Origin: a virus | Lineage: Duplodnaviria; Caudoviricetes | IMG/VR virus record: IMGVR_UViG_3300002136_000057 | Coordinates: 1-52,924 of that record | Length of the DNA: 52,924 bases | Reading direction: 5' to 3' (one strand) | Part shown: in pieces, positions 17,428-26,940 of the stretch | Layout: the number at the start of each line of letters is the position of its first letter | Numbering within the stretch: the first letter of the stretch is position 1 | Program-made: the position numbers and the translations under genes | The notes under the pieces: generated by a model | The model's input: only the letters and a program-made list of their open reading frames with translations | Databases searched by the model: none | What the model was told of the DNA's origin: nothing

Positions 17428-18878
17428 ATATAACTATCAATTATTTTCTTTTTATTATCTTTTAACATCTGTGCAGGCAACATATTACGCATACCGTTAT
17501 GATCTGCATAGTGCTTATCTAAGTCTAATCCTAAGCTAGTAACGCCGCCACAACTCCATCCAGCAACTTTCTGATATTCGTTGTCCATATTACGTAAATC
17601 TTCAGCAATTTTTCCTGCTTTAATTGCATTCATATGATCATTTTTCCAGACCGTCATCCAAGCATTTGTTTTGCCAGCTAATGTAGTTTTAAGCAATCGT
17701 TGCTGATGATGAACTTTATATCCAAATTTTTCAGGATTTCTATCGATTGGCGAATGATATTCGTGATGTTCTTTTGAATGTATAAGCAACGGATACCAGT
17801 ACCATAAGTCAATATTAGGATCTGCAACTACACGTTCTCTACTTGCTCTAATATTTTCTTCGCTTTGGTGCGGCAACCCTACAATAAGATTAATTTGAAC
17901 TTTAACTTGTTCTTGACTCTTTTGTTTCATAGAAGCAATAGCATCAAGAACTTTATCAATGTCTGCACCTTTTTGGATTGCCTGTCTAGTTTCTTTATTA
18001 TAACTTTCTACACCAAAACTTGCACCACGAAGACCTGACTCAATTAGTAAATCAATTTGATCAGGCCATCTTACTAATAATTCAGGTTTAATGTAAGTAT
18101 CAAATTTAATTTTAAACGGTAAACTTGTAATAACTTCGTGCATTAATTCTAATTTAACCATACTATCGTTGTAGGTGTCATCCATAAACCAATAATTAGT
18201 TGTTCCAAATTGTTCATAGTTACGCATAAACTCTGCGTACATGTCTTCTTTGGCACGAATATAATCAAATTTGCTTTTATTGTTTAATGGAAAGTTACAA
18301 AACGCACAATTAAAAATACAACCCCTTGCAATTTCCATAGGTAAACTTTGCTGTGCAGTAATGCCGTCTTCAGGTTTCCATATTACTGGAATATTATTAA
18401 TGTCTTTTTTGTCATACGAATGATTACTGTCGACGATTTTTTTGCCTTTGTAATCTTTAAAGATTAAATTAGTATCCTTACCTGCAAGATAATTTGTAAT
18501 TGCAACTGTTGCATCGTCTGCGTATCCAGTGACAAATATATCAGCAAAGTCTAAAAATTCAACCATTCCTTTGGCACCGCCTATAACAAATGGAACATTA
18601 AAGCGGTTTCTCAAATTAGTGTAAAACTTAGTGTTATCTTGCAATAGCTCACTAGTGTTAAAAAATGTAGTACTAAATCCTACCCAAAGCGTTTCTTTGC
18701 TTACATACTTTTCAAATGCAAGTTCGATATCTTCTTCTGTTAAACTTTGAAAATAGTCAATAACTTTTACTGAATACCCTTGCTGTTCTAGTTCTGTTCT
18801 AATGCGATAAGCACCAATAGACCTAAAATAAGTAGTTTCGCCTAGATCAATACCTGTAAATATTACTGCGTGATACAT
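17409..18878 (-). CDS. Cobalamin-binding radical SAM protein (class B methyltransferase-like)
   Basis: N-terminal B12-domain pattern (GAYRI..L...GY.V.VID, VGFS, GG, GYAD), EIARGCIFNCAFC, DDTYN, GVES, IVGLP. Confidence 0.85.
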   Translation of the reverse strand: MYHAVIFTGIDLGETTYFRSIGAYRIRTELEQQGYSVKVIDYFQSLTEEDIELAFEKYVSKETLWVGFSTTFFNTSELLQDNTKFYTNLRNRFNVPFVIGGAKGMVEFLDFADIFVTGYADDATVAITNYLAGKDTNLIFKDYKGKKIVDSNHSYDKKDINNIPVIWKPEDGITAQQSLPMEIARGCIFNCAFCNFPLNNKSKFDYIRAKEDMYAEFMRNYEQFGTTNYWFMDDTYNDSMVKLELMHEVITSLPFKIKFDTYIKPELLVRWPDQIDLLIESGLRGASFGVESYNKETRQAIQKGADIDKVLDAIASMKQKSQEQVKVQINLIVGLPHQSEENIRASRERVVADPNIDLWYWYPLLIHSKEHHEYHSPIDRNPEKFGYKVHHQQRLLKTTLAGKTNAWMTVWKNDHMNAIKAGKIAEDLRNMDNEYQKVAGWSCGGVTSLGLDLDKHYADHNGMRNMLPAQMLKDNKKKIIDSYIQTVIR

Positions 18879-19447
18879 TTAAAATTCTCTGTTATACCAA
18901 CTGTGTCAGTTACGTCCATTACTATGTGATACCTGTTTTCATTTGAGTCATTTACATATTGATGTTTAATATTTGCCCAAAACATATATACACTACCGTC
19001 TGCGGCCATATGAATACGAGATTGTTCAACACCAGTCTCACTATATAGTATATGACAACAATGCTTATTTGTCAAGAGGGGAATGTGCAATCTAGCTTTA
19101 AATTTATTAGCAGGATAATCTCGATGTATACTACTTTTGCTGTGCGGTGGCAAATTGTTTATTCGTACCTTAACAGGATGTAGTCCTTTGTTCTTAATAT
19201 CTTCTAACACTTCCTTCATATAACCAACACATAATTCTGTAGGAACATTATACTCATGCGGTGGCTTTACAGTTTCATTGGATTTTCGCCAACCGTCTTG
19301 CCAGTTGCCGTTGCTACTAGTAACACTCCATCCACCAAAGCCGGGCGCTATAGGACATATTGGATCGCCAATAGGTATTACAATATCTTTAAAATATGAG
19401 TGTAATTTATTAATATCATAAGTGAATGAAAGTCTTTCAAAGACCAT
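18863..19447 (-). CDS. Asp/Asn beta-hydroxylase-like 2OG oxygenase
   Basis: IHRD, RLHIPL.TN, KHQYVN...RYHIV. Confidence 0.8.
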   Translation of the reverse strand: MVFERLSFTYDINKLHSYFKDIVIPIGDPICPIAPGFGGWSVTSSNGNWQDGWRKSNETVKPPHEYNVPTELCVGYMKEVLEDIKNKGLHPVKVRINNLPPHSKSSIHRDYPANKFKARLHIPLLTNKHCCHILYSETGVEQSRIHMAADGSVYMFWANIKHQYVNDSNENRYHIVMDVTDTVGITENFKCITQ

Positions 19448-19451
19448 TTGC

Positions 19452-20204
19452 TTATGCCTTAACTAGCTTTATTACCCACGCACTTGGGTCTAGTTCCCAC
19501 CACTTGTGTTGAAAGTTCCACTGTCCAGGTTTAGCATGATGATTGTTGTGCCAACCTTCGCCCCATGTAATTGCTGCTAACCACCATGTGTTGCGACTAT
19601 CTTCTTTTGTTACGTAGTTACGATAACCCCACATATGGTTGCCGTAATTGCTTAGTACACTTGCCCATATTTGTATTCCCATAGGAATAATTCCGCCAAA
19701 TATTAGCACATTAACTCCGCCTAATACAAACAATGCTCCACACCATATTAATAATATCAAGTAATAATAGTTGTGCAACACCAAATGGAACTTGTCTGTA
19801 ATTAATCTACGCACTGCCCATTTGTTCATTTCAAAATCGTATTTGGGTATTAGTACATTCCATAGTCCTAAGTGAGGACCGTGCGGATCACCGTCTTTAT
19901 CGCTGTGTTTATGATGTTGATTGTGTACTGCAACCCATCCAATACTGCTTCCAGTGCCGCCGATTGCTCCAAAAAAAGTAAACAAATACTCCATCCACTT
20001 ATAACGAAACTTAAAACTGTTGTGCGTTAAATATCTATGGAATGTAATTGTAATTCCTAAACAACCTGTTAAGAAATATACAGCCAAACTAAGTAACCAC
20101 CATTCTGCAGATGGCGCAAAAAATACCATATAAACAATCATTGCTGTTGCAATTGCTTGAATGTATGGAAAGTATGATGTATTTGCTCTAAATATATCCT
20201 TCAT
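19452..20204 (-). CDS. Membrane fatty-acid desaturase (delta9-like)
   Basis: HRYLTH, HNQHH, GEGWHNNHH, WWELDP. Confidence 0.92.
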   Translation of the reverse strand: MKDIFRANTSYFPYIQAIATAMIVYMVFFAPSAEWWLLSLAVYFLTGCLGITITFHRYLTHNSFKFRYKWMEYLFTFFGAIGGTGSSIGWVAVHNQHHKHSDKDGDPHGPHLGLWNVLIPKYDFEMNKWAVRRLITDKFHLVLHNYYYLILLIWCGALFVLGGVNVLIFGGIIPMGIQIWASVLSNYGNHMWGYRNYVTKEDSRNTWWLAAITWGEGWHNNHHAKPGQWNFQHKWWELDPSAWVIKLVKA

Positions 20205-20301
20205 AATATTATTTATCGCTTAGTTAGATACGTTTAACAAATTGTGAAGTTTGCACTAATATTATTTATATGCGTAGTTAACCATGATAAATAATATTAT
20301 G
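20202..20301. repeat. Perfect 16-bp inverted repeat GATAAATAATATTATG forming divergent late-type promoter/start units
   Basis: 20202-20217 (minus) and 20286-20301 (plus) are identical in opposite orientation; a third partial copy TATAAATAATATTA lies at 20257-20270 (minus). Confidence 0.85.
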
Positions 20302-20964
20302 TTAGAAATATTGCAAAAAATTCCTCATTTAGATTTAGGTATTACATATGATCCTAAGAAAATGTTAGAAGAAGTCAAAAACTTTGACTATGCAAATTAT
20401 CAAACATCGTATGCTCAAACAAAAGAATTATATGAAAAAAATTGGAGCGGTGCAAGTTTAGTTAGCATTGACGGAAGCGTATTTGGAGATATGAGCGAAC
20501 TCAAAGAATATCCTAATACGATGCCTAAAGAAACTGAACTAGCAAAACACTGTCCTTATTTAATGCAAATTTTGCACGACATCGGTAGCAGCAATGAACG
20601 TAGTAGAATTATGCGGATTGCTCCAAAGGGAAAATTAGATTGGCATAGTCATGTGCTACATCACAAACAAAACCCAAAAAGATTAGTAGTACAAATACCA
20701 ATTGTTGTTCCTGAAGGATTTACATATAGCGTAATGCATGCTAAAGATTTATCATCATTTAAAAAAGGGCAAGCATTCCGCACATATGATAAAGAATACG
20801 AAGAAGGAAAGGTATATGTGTTTAATAGTTTCCATCCTCACAATGTATTCAATCCAAGTAACAATTATAGAATTGCATTAATGACATACATGCATATTGA
20901 TAATACAGTAAGTAAACAGATTTTAGAAGAAGCAATTAAAAAATACAAAGGGCCGTTAATATGA
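20299..20964 (+). CDS. Asp/Asn beta-hydroxylase-like oxygenase (HxH variant; start revised from 20284)
   Basis: RIMRIAP...WHSH, VQIPI, FNSFHPHNVFN...RIAL. Confidence 0.75.
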   Translation: MLEILQKIPHLDLGITYDPKKMLEEVKNFDYANYQTSYAQTKELYEKNWSGASLVSIDGSVFGDMSELKEYPNTMPKETELAKHCPYLMQILHDIGSSNERSRIMRIAPKGKLDWHSHVLHHKQNPKRLVVQIPIVVPEGFTYSVMHAKDLSSFKKGQAFRTYDKEYEEGKVYVFNSFHPHNVFNPSNNYRIALMTYMHIDNTVSKQILEEAIKKYKGPLI

Positions 20965-21563
20965 ATATTATTTGTCTCGGTTGTAGTTTTACTGCCGGAA
21001 TGCCTGAAAACAACTATTATAGTTGGCCTGAAAAATTATCGTATATTCGACCAAATGATAATGTTTACAATTTAAGTTTAGGCGGATCTAATATTCTTTT
21101 TAGCCTTTATCTGTTACAAGAAATTAAAAAGAAAGTTACTGCCGATTGTATTATATTCCAAATTACAAATCCTTATAGATATACAGGTATAAAAAATTTT
21201 AATTTTGATGATGCAGTTCTAACAAAAAAACAAAATTATACGAGACTAGACCCAGAAGTTAGAATGAAGCAAAATGTTCTTACAATTACTCCTAGTACAA
21301 CAAAATTTCAGTGGACTTCGAATAGAGAAAAAGTTAAATTTAGTCAAGAGTATTATCGAAATTATAGCCGAGAATTAGGCGATATAGAGCACAATATATA
21401 TAGAAAACATATTAAAGAAAATTCAAATTTTTGTTTTAATTATGCTGAAATAATAGAAGAAGCAAAATCTAAAACTATTGACAGTGGTGGACATTTTAGT
21501 TGCAAAGGACATGATTTAATAGCAAATTGGATAAATGGAATAATTAATGAAAAAATATTATAA
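20961..21563 (+). CDS. SGNH/GDSL-like hydrolase or acyltransferase
   Basis: LGCSFT block I, NLSLGG block II, DSGGH catalytic end. Confidence 0.7.
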   Translation: MNIICLGCSFTAGMPENNYYSWPEKLSYIRPNDNVYNLSLGGSNILFSLYLLQEIKKKVTADCIIFQITNPYRYTGIKNFNFDDAVLTKKQNYTRLDPEVRMKQNVLTITPSTTKFQWTSNREKVKFSQEYYRNYSRELGDIEHNIYRKHIKENSNFCFNYAEIIEEAKSKTIDSGGHFSCKGHDLIANWINGIINEKIL

Positions 21564-22155
21564 GACTTATCCGCAATTTGAAGATTTTTCTAAAATAATT
21601 TCAAATATTAATTTAGAAGATGATGACGATTATTTAGATAACAATCGCAACGATATTTACGATCGATTACGTTTACCGATTCGAATGTTCAAGGGCGATA
21701 AAAGAAAATATGTAGACAGCCTAATAAAAGAATATTTCGGTTTGGAAGATTTTGTTTTTAGTGTTATATCTAGCGAAGGTGCAAGTCGTATCCACACAGA
21801 CACATATTACAAAAAAGAATCACACTTACAACGGTATTGTAATTTTGCATTTCCTATAAGCGGCGATTTTAATTCAAGACTTACATACTGGCCGAATTTG
21901 TCTAAATTAGATTCTCTAGATGTTTTTAAAAATTCATTCCTTAAAGATGAAAATTTACAAAATTATATCGATAGTAACAAATGGCACTGTTCCATTCTAC
22001 ATAAACAATATCAACCAGTTTTGTTAAACACTAGTATTCCGCATGCTGTACTCGGAAACGGCAAATCACTATTTGCATATATTACGCTTATAGGAAAATC
22101 TTACGAAGATTGTGCAGCGTTGTATGATAATATATCTAATTCAGCAACTATCTGA
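21547..22155 (+). CDS. Fe(II)/2OG oxygenase-like protein
   Basis: IHTD, NFAFPI, LLNTSIPHAV. Confidence 0.65.
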   Translation: MKKYYKTYPQFEDFSKIISNINLEDDDDYLDNNRNDIYDRLRLPIRMFKGDKRKYVDSLIKEYFGLEDFVFSVISSEGASRIHTDTYYKKESHLQRYCNFAFPISGDFNSRLTYWPNLSKLDSLDVFKNSFLKDENLQNYIDSNKWHCSILHKQYQPVLLNTSIPHAVLGNGKSLFAYITLIGKSYEDCAALYDNISNSATI

Positions 22156-22676
22156 TTAGTATATTGTATTTCTTTAGGCTCAGAGTACCATTTTAAATTT
22201 TGGTAAACAGCCCTTGGACCGCCAAATGTGCTTGCACGGCCTTCGCTCATACGCTTTAAAAAATTTACAAGCCGATGATTATATTCATTAAATGTCAGCC
22301 AAACACAGTTATACCCTAACTGTTCTGCCCATTTAATTTGTTGTGGAAATATGTGCCGAGCTTGACACCAATTGCCGCCGCCTCTATAATCAGGATGTGT
22401 AAATGCTCGAACACCGATAATAGGAACATCATTGTATACATATGCTCCACTCATTGCAATCGGTTTATCATTTATAGAAACTATATTAAACAGTTCAAAC
22501 CGTTTTTTACAATATAATAAATTTAATAATGTATGAGGCTTATTTTGCCAATCACTTACATCGTAGTTTTCATACGCAGGCTCTTGTAAATAATATGCAT
22601 CTTCACACAATTTAATTAATTTTGTATGTTGTTCATCTGTTATATTATCAGCAGTAAATGAATCAATATTAAGCAT
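22101..22676 (-). CDS. GNAT-family acyltransferase
   Basis: RAFTHPDYRGGG acyl-CoA-binding motif A; LTFNEYN. Confidence 0.7.
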   Translation of the reverse strand: MLNIDSFTADNITDEQHTKLIKLCEDAYYLQEPAYENYDVSDWQNKPHTLLNLLYCKKRFELFNIVSINDKPIAMSGAYVYNDVPIIGVRAFTHPDYRGGGNWCQARHIFPQQIKWAEQLGYNCVWLTFNEYNHRLVNFLKRMSEGRASTFGGPRAVYQNLKWYSEPKEIQYTNQIVAELDILSYNAAQSS

Positions 22677-23241
22677 ACTGTTTCATATCCTCGTACGTGA
22701 CTGGTTGTTTTCCCCTTATATGCACTGTATATCTAAAATCAGCAACAGTTTCTTTCCACCTATAATGCCATTGTTCGTCAGTAGGGACCATAAATGCTTG
22801 TCCTTTTGGTACCAATTTATGATATTCGTCATTTACAGTATCATATGCTTCTAAAGGAGATTCAATAAAGCCGCCCTGTATAGGCACTATTATATCATAT
22901 GTGTGATTAATATCTGATATTGCTTTATGTTGCATTAACGGACGCCAATCACTTTGATACCCATTTCTACTACGCTTAATATTAAGTGTATACCATAGGT
23001 TCTTTGAGCCTATTGTAAGACCTTGTGTCAATTCTTTTATAGCGTCGCACTGTAATAAATCATAATCACTTTGCAATAATGTCCAGAAACACCACGAATC
23101 TTTTCTGTTAGGATTTATTTCTTTAGTAGTATACTCTTGGACACCTTGGCCTCGCCAATATTCTTCAGGCACAGACTCAATAAACTCTTTGATAGATTCT
23201 GCTTGTATTTTAATTTTAGGAAAATAATAAAACGGATACAT
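22669..23241 (-). CDS. Cupin/2OG-like protein with degenerate metal site (start revised from 23316)
   Basis: DIIVPI, distal WHY...RYTVH; no clear HxD; ATG at 23241 overlaps the upstream TAA. Confidence 0.5.
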   Translation of the reverse strand: MYPFYYFPKIKIQAESIKEFIESVPEEYWRGQGVQEYTTKEINPNRKDSWCFWTLLQSDYDLLQCDAIKELTQGLTIGSKNLWYTLNIKRSRNGYQSDWRPLMQHKAISDINHTYDIIVPIQGGFIESPLEAYDTVNDEYHKLVPKGQAFMVPTDEQWHYRWKETVADFRYTVHIRGKQPVTYEDMKQYA

Positions 23242-23735
23242 TAAAATGCTCCTACAGAAATTAATTTTTGAAACGTGTGAGGATATTTGCATTGTAGAAT
23301 AAAAGCACTTCTCCATCTATCTGTATTATTTTCATAACCATGCATAACACTACAATCAAACGCTGTAGGATAGTCTATAAGAACACTGTCTACTTTTTCT
23401 CTATCTATGTAAAAGTCCAAAGGAGTATTATAGTTATCTAAAGGAAATAGAATATTTACAGTCCTTCTAATAGTTCCTGCTGCACTATCTTCGTGTGCTC
23501 CTACTACGCTGTGTGCTTCGGTCCTTATAAAACTACACGAATAAAAAATCTTAGGCATAACAAATTGGTCTAATATATTTTTTATTAAAGGATTGTCCAT
23601 GTTGAAAGCCGAATGCACTTGCTGTGGTACTTTTCTACCTAATTCTGCATAACCATCTGAGTAATTTAGACTGTTTGCAACATCTAATAAATCTTGTCTT
23701 GCATAATTTATATTTTCTAATTTTTTATAAATCAT
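23241..23735 (-). CDS. Fe(II)/2OG oxygenase-like protein
   Basis: AHED, NILFPL, MHGYEN...RSAF. Confidence 0.7.
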   Translation of the reverse strand: MIYKKLENINYARQDLLDVANSLNYSDGYAELGRKVPQQVHSAFNMDNPLIKNILDQFVMPKIFYSCSFIRTEAHSVVGAHEDSAAGTIRRTVNILFPLDNYNTPLDFYIDREKVDSVLIDYPTAFDCSVMHGYENNTDRWRSAFILQCKYPHTFQKLISVGAF

Positions 23736-24469
23736 TAACTTTCCCCAGCGTCTAACACATCTAATATGCGTAATACATTATCGTAAGTCTTTGGAATATT
23801 CATTACCAAATGTATACTATCTTGTGTATAACTATGTGTACGATGTGTTTTACGTGTATCAATGTAATATGCACGGCCTTCGTCTATTTGTCTAATACGA
23901 TGATCATGTTCCCATTCATACGCTGTATGATTTGTATTTGTTAAAAATATAACTATTCTAAATGTTCTTCTTTGCAGTAATATACCGTCTCGATGTTTCG
24001 GAAACCATGCTCCTGTGTTTAGTTTAACTAAACTACAACGACCTAACTTAGGAAAATAGTCCACAATATGCTGTAAACTAGGAAGATCTTTGTACAATTG
24101 TGTAGGAGTATCAAAGTCAAGTTCAGACAATGCGCGACCTGTTCGTCTCATTGCTTCAGGCATGCTTAAACTATCTGTGGGGGTATCGCCAGGAAGCCCC
24201 ACTAAATTTAAACCTTGTCTATCATTTAGCAATCCTTCTCTATGCAGATAGGGTATCCACATATTGTCATACTGTTTAATTTCTTTCCTAAATTCATTTA
24301 GGTCAACTTTAAACTTTAGCGGAACGAAATCACCAATAGCATCTAGCTGCAATTCGCATGCAATGTCCATAATTTTAGGGTTAGTAATAACTCCATCATT
24401 ATATAATTGAGTATAGTTTACTTTTAGTTTTGCTTGCTCTTCAGCAGTAACAATATGACTATTATCCAT
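23735..24469 (-). CDS. Asp/Asn beta-hydroxylase-like 2OG oxygenase
   Basis: FPKHRD, GRAYYIDTRKTH, IHLVMN. Confidence 0.75.
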   Translation of the reverse strand: MDNSHIVTAEEQAKLKVNYTQLYNDGVITNPKIMDIACELQLDAIGDFVPLKFKVDLNEFRKEIKQYDNMWIPYLHREGLLNDRQGLNLVGLPGDTPTDSLSMPEAMRRTGRALSELDFDTPTQLYKDLPSLQHIVDYFPKLGRCSLVKLNTGAWFPKHRDGILLQRRTFRIVIFLTNTNHTAYEWEHDHRIRQIDEGRAYYIDTRKTHRTHSYTQDSIHLVMNIPKTYDNVLRILDVLDAGES

Positions 24470-24470
24470 T

Positions 24471-25163
24471 TTAAATCTCCGTAAAAATACTTAGTCCAAT
24501 TTTTTGTTTTATTCCAGCGTTCTTGAAGTTGCTAGAACAGTGTATTCTTAAACTATCAAATGCTATTATCGATCCAATAGTCCAAGGAAAATAACAATGT
24601 ACACTAAGTCCTTCAAGCCATTTAGATTTTAAATGTCCAAGCATTTTAGTTTTTATATTTTTAGGAATACCGGTGTCAACTAAATTTTCAACATCAGTAT
24701 ATTCATAAAGGTGCTTATTGTAAAAAATAACTTCTTTATCAAATATTTCATCTTTAAAAAACTTTACAGGGCCGCCGTAATAGAATTGATCAAACATAAC
24801 TAGTTTAATCTTATTGCAGTCACCGCTTTCTACCCATAACGGAATAGTAAATGCTTTGTAGGTGTTTGGATAATCGTAACTATCATCTATGTGTAGTATG
24901 TGAGGATTATCTACATCAAAAAAATGGCAAGCCCGAACTTTAAAGTTGCCAAATTGTTTACGCAAAGGAATTAGTATGTCGTCAATTATACCCGTTCCTT
25001 CTTTTACATAAACTACTTTTGGACCTGTGTTTTTTTCTATTTTGTCTTGACTGTGATAGTAGTCTAATAGAAATTTAATCTTAGTTTTATCCAATGCGTT
25101 AACTATTTGCACAGGATCAGAATGTGTTTTTTTAATTTCTTCTATTTGTGTACTACTACGCAT
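24471..25163 (-). CDS. Fe(II)/2OG oxygenase-like protein (start revised from 25274)
   Basis: LHID, FTIPL, FDSLRIHCS. Confidence 0.7.
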   Translation of the reverse strand: MRSSTQIEEIKKTHSDPVQIVNALDKTKIKFLLDYYHSQDKIEKNTGPKVVYVKEGTGIIDDILIPLRKQFGNFKVRACHFFDVDNPHILHIDDSYDYPNTYKAFTIPLWVESGDCNKIKLVMFDQFYYGGPVKFFKDEIFDKEVIFYNKHLYEYTDVENLVDTGIPKNIKTKMLGHLKSKWLEGLSVHCYFPWTIGSIIAFDSLRIHCSSNFKNAGIKQKIGLSIFTEI

Positions 25164-26271
25164 GTTTTCTCTTAGGTATCTTACTATCAGCACTTGATAC
25201 ACAACTCTTTGTAATACACGTCTTAGGCGTCTTAAACAGTGTAAAACCTGTTTCGATGTTACCAAGGGGTGCATCGTGGCAACTATAGCTTCTTTTTACA
25301 CTACCGTCAGGCTCGCGTATTATAAGTCCGCTGTAACCGGCATTGCAAGCCCATCCTTCAAAATTATTGAAATTAAAGGCATTAAAGCGTTCTGCTTGGT
25401 CTATGTACCACTTTTTACCGTCTTTGTCTTTTAATTCTACTTGCATATGCCACGGAACGCTGGCATCATTCTTACCCATAATATCTCTAGGCACCTCGAA
25501 CGATGGTTTAGGACGACCTTCCCACTTACGCTTGCTTTCTGTGTACGCACGTTGCGGCATACCGTTGTGTAAACGCTTTAGGTTGTCTGCTGTATACCCG
25601 TCTACTACTCGACTTGCTGTAGGGTCGCTTTGAGGCTTTAGCGTTACGTTTATACCTTGTTCGTGAAAAAACAATGCGTTCTCCCAATCACGTTCAAACC
25701 AATCCGGCACCATAACCATGTTGATAGTTACTTGTACATCATGCTCTTGACAGAAGATTAGCTTGTCAGCAAAGTCCTGCATCTTCTCAATACTGTTTAC
25801 GTGCTCTGTATGCAAACTTGCAGTTATACTAGCACGATGAAACGGCTTAACTGCTTCTACATATTCTTCATGCCACTTCATATTACGTGACATGTTTGTT
25901 GTCATATGAACACTAGTGTAATTAGTGTTATTAACGTCATTAGCAAGATGGGAAATAATATCAAGATACCCAGGGTGGAACGTTGGCTCGCCTCCACTAA
26001 GACTAAAGTGGAAACTGTTAAACCCGTTATCACGTGCCTGCCTTTTTATTTCGTCAATTGTTTTAAGACATAGTTCTGTTGGTCTATGGTCTTTTCGATC
26101 TGATCTAGCGTACGGCCAACAGTAACTACATTTATAGTTACAGAAACGGCCCAATAGCCAACTAACAGTAAAAAGATCGCGGTAAAGAAGAGTCCTTTGC
26201 CCGACACTAACAATGTCGTCAAACGGGATTTTTGTAAAATCATAATTACTCCATTTTAAATCTTCAGTCAT
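25156..26271 (-). CDS. Radical SAM protein with C-terminal SPASM/twitch-like domain
   Basis: CNYKCSYC, SGGEPT, C-terminal CNAG...C...C....C. Confidence 0.9.
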   Translation of the reverse strand: MTEDLKWSNYDFTKIPFDDIVSVGQRTLLYRDLFTVSWLLGRFCNYKCSYCWPYARSDRKDHRPTELCLKTIDEIKRQARDNGFNSFHFSLSGGEPTFHPGYLDIISHLANDVNNTNYTSVHMTTNMSRNMKWHEEYVEAVKPFHRASITASLHTEHVNSIEKMQDFADKLIFCQEHDVQVTINMVMVPDWFERDWENALFFHEQGINVTLKPQSDPTASRVVDGYTADNLKRLHNGMPQRAYTESKRKWEGRPKPSFEVPRDIMGKNDASVPWHMQVELKDKDGKKWYIDQAERFNAFNFNNFEGWACNAGYSGLIIREPDGSVKRSYSCHDAPLGNIETGFTLFKTPKTCITKSCVSSADSKIPKRKHA

Positions 26272-26276
26272 AATTT

Positions 26277-26305
26277 ATTATAGCATCCATTTCATGTTGC
26301 GTCAA
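26277..26305 (-). promoter_or_regulatory. Sigma70 promoter, probably leaderless
   Basis: Minus strand TTGACG, 17 bp, TG-c-TATAAT; ATG follows after 5 nt. Confidence 0.8.
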
Positions 26306-26930
26306 TAACATTTTTAATAATCCAGTCTGCTTCAAGTAAAATTCCCTCTTTACTCAAATGGTGCCCGTTGTCTATTAAATATGACTTAAAATTAGGCATC
26401 ATCTTCTCAGTTTTTTTTAATATACGAGTCTTTTCGGTATAGTGTTTATGACCGTACACAAAGTCCGCTGATGATATCATGTATGATGCAATTGCATCAA
26501 ATTCATCTTCTGCCAATGTAACATTTGTATGAGAATAATAAAGGTTGTGTAACTTTTTTATAGTTTTTAGGCTATATTGCGGCGCGACATCATTGGGCAT
26601 ACTATTGTAGTTTAAACGAATAACATTTCTTCCGTAGTCATTAACGTCTTTCCATGTGTTAAAGTTGGGAGTTTTAAATGCTCTTACTACTTCAAAATTA
26701 TAATTATTAAAAAGTGTCAATCGACCCGGAGAAGTTATCTTTATAATATTAAAGTCGTGATTATGCTTAAACTTTTCAAATAAATGTAAAATCATTGATG
26801 TGCTGTGCCCACCAAAAGCGTAGTCGTAAATAGTATGGTGGGGGCATTTTTCTGCTATCGATTCGGCTAAATTATAATGTGTTGGATATACCCCCGCTAC
26901 CCAACTACAACCGTATATTCCTATTTTCAT
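26292..26930 (-). CDS. SGNH-like protein
   Basis: IYGCSW, AFGGHS, DNGHH. Confidence 0.65.
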   Translation of the reverse strand: MKIGIYGCSWVAGVYPTHYNLAESIAEKCPHHTIYDYAFGGHSTSMILHLFEKFKHNHDFNIIKITSPGRLTLFNNYNFEVVRAFKTPNFNTWKDVNDYGRNVIRLNYNSMPNDVAPQYSLKTIKKLHNLYYSHTNVTLAEDEFDAIASYMISSADFVYGHKHYTEKTRILKKTEKMMPNFKSYLIDNGHHLSKEGILLEADWIIKNVIDAT

Positions 26931-26940
26931 TTATAAAATC

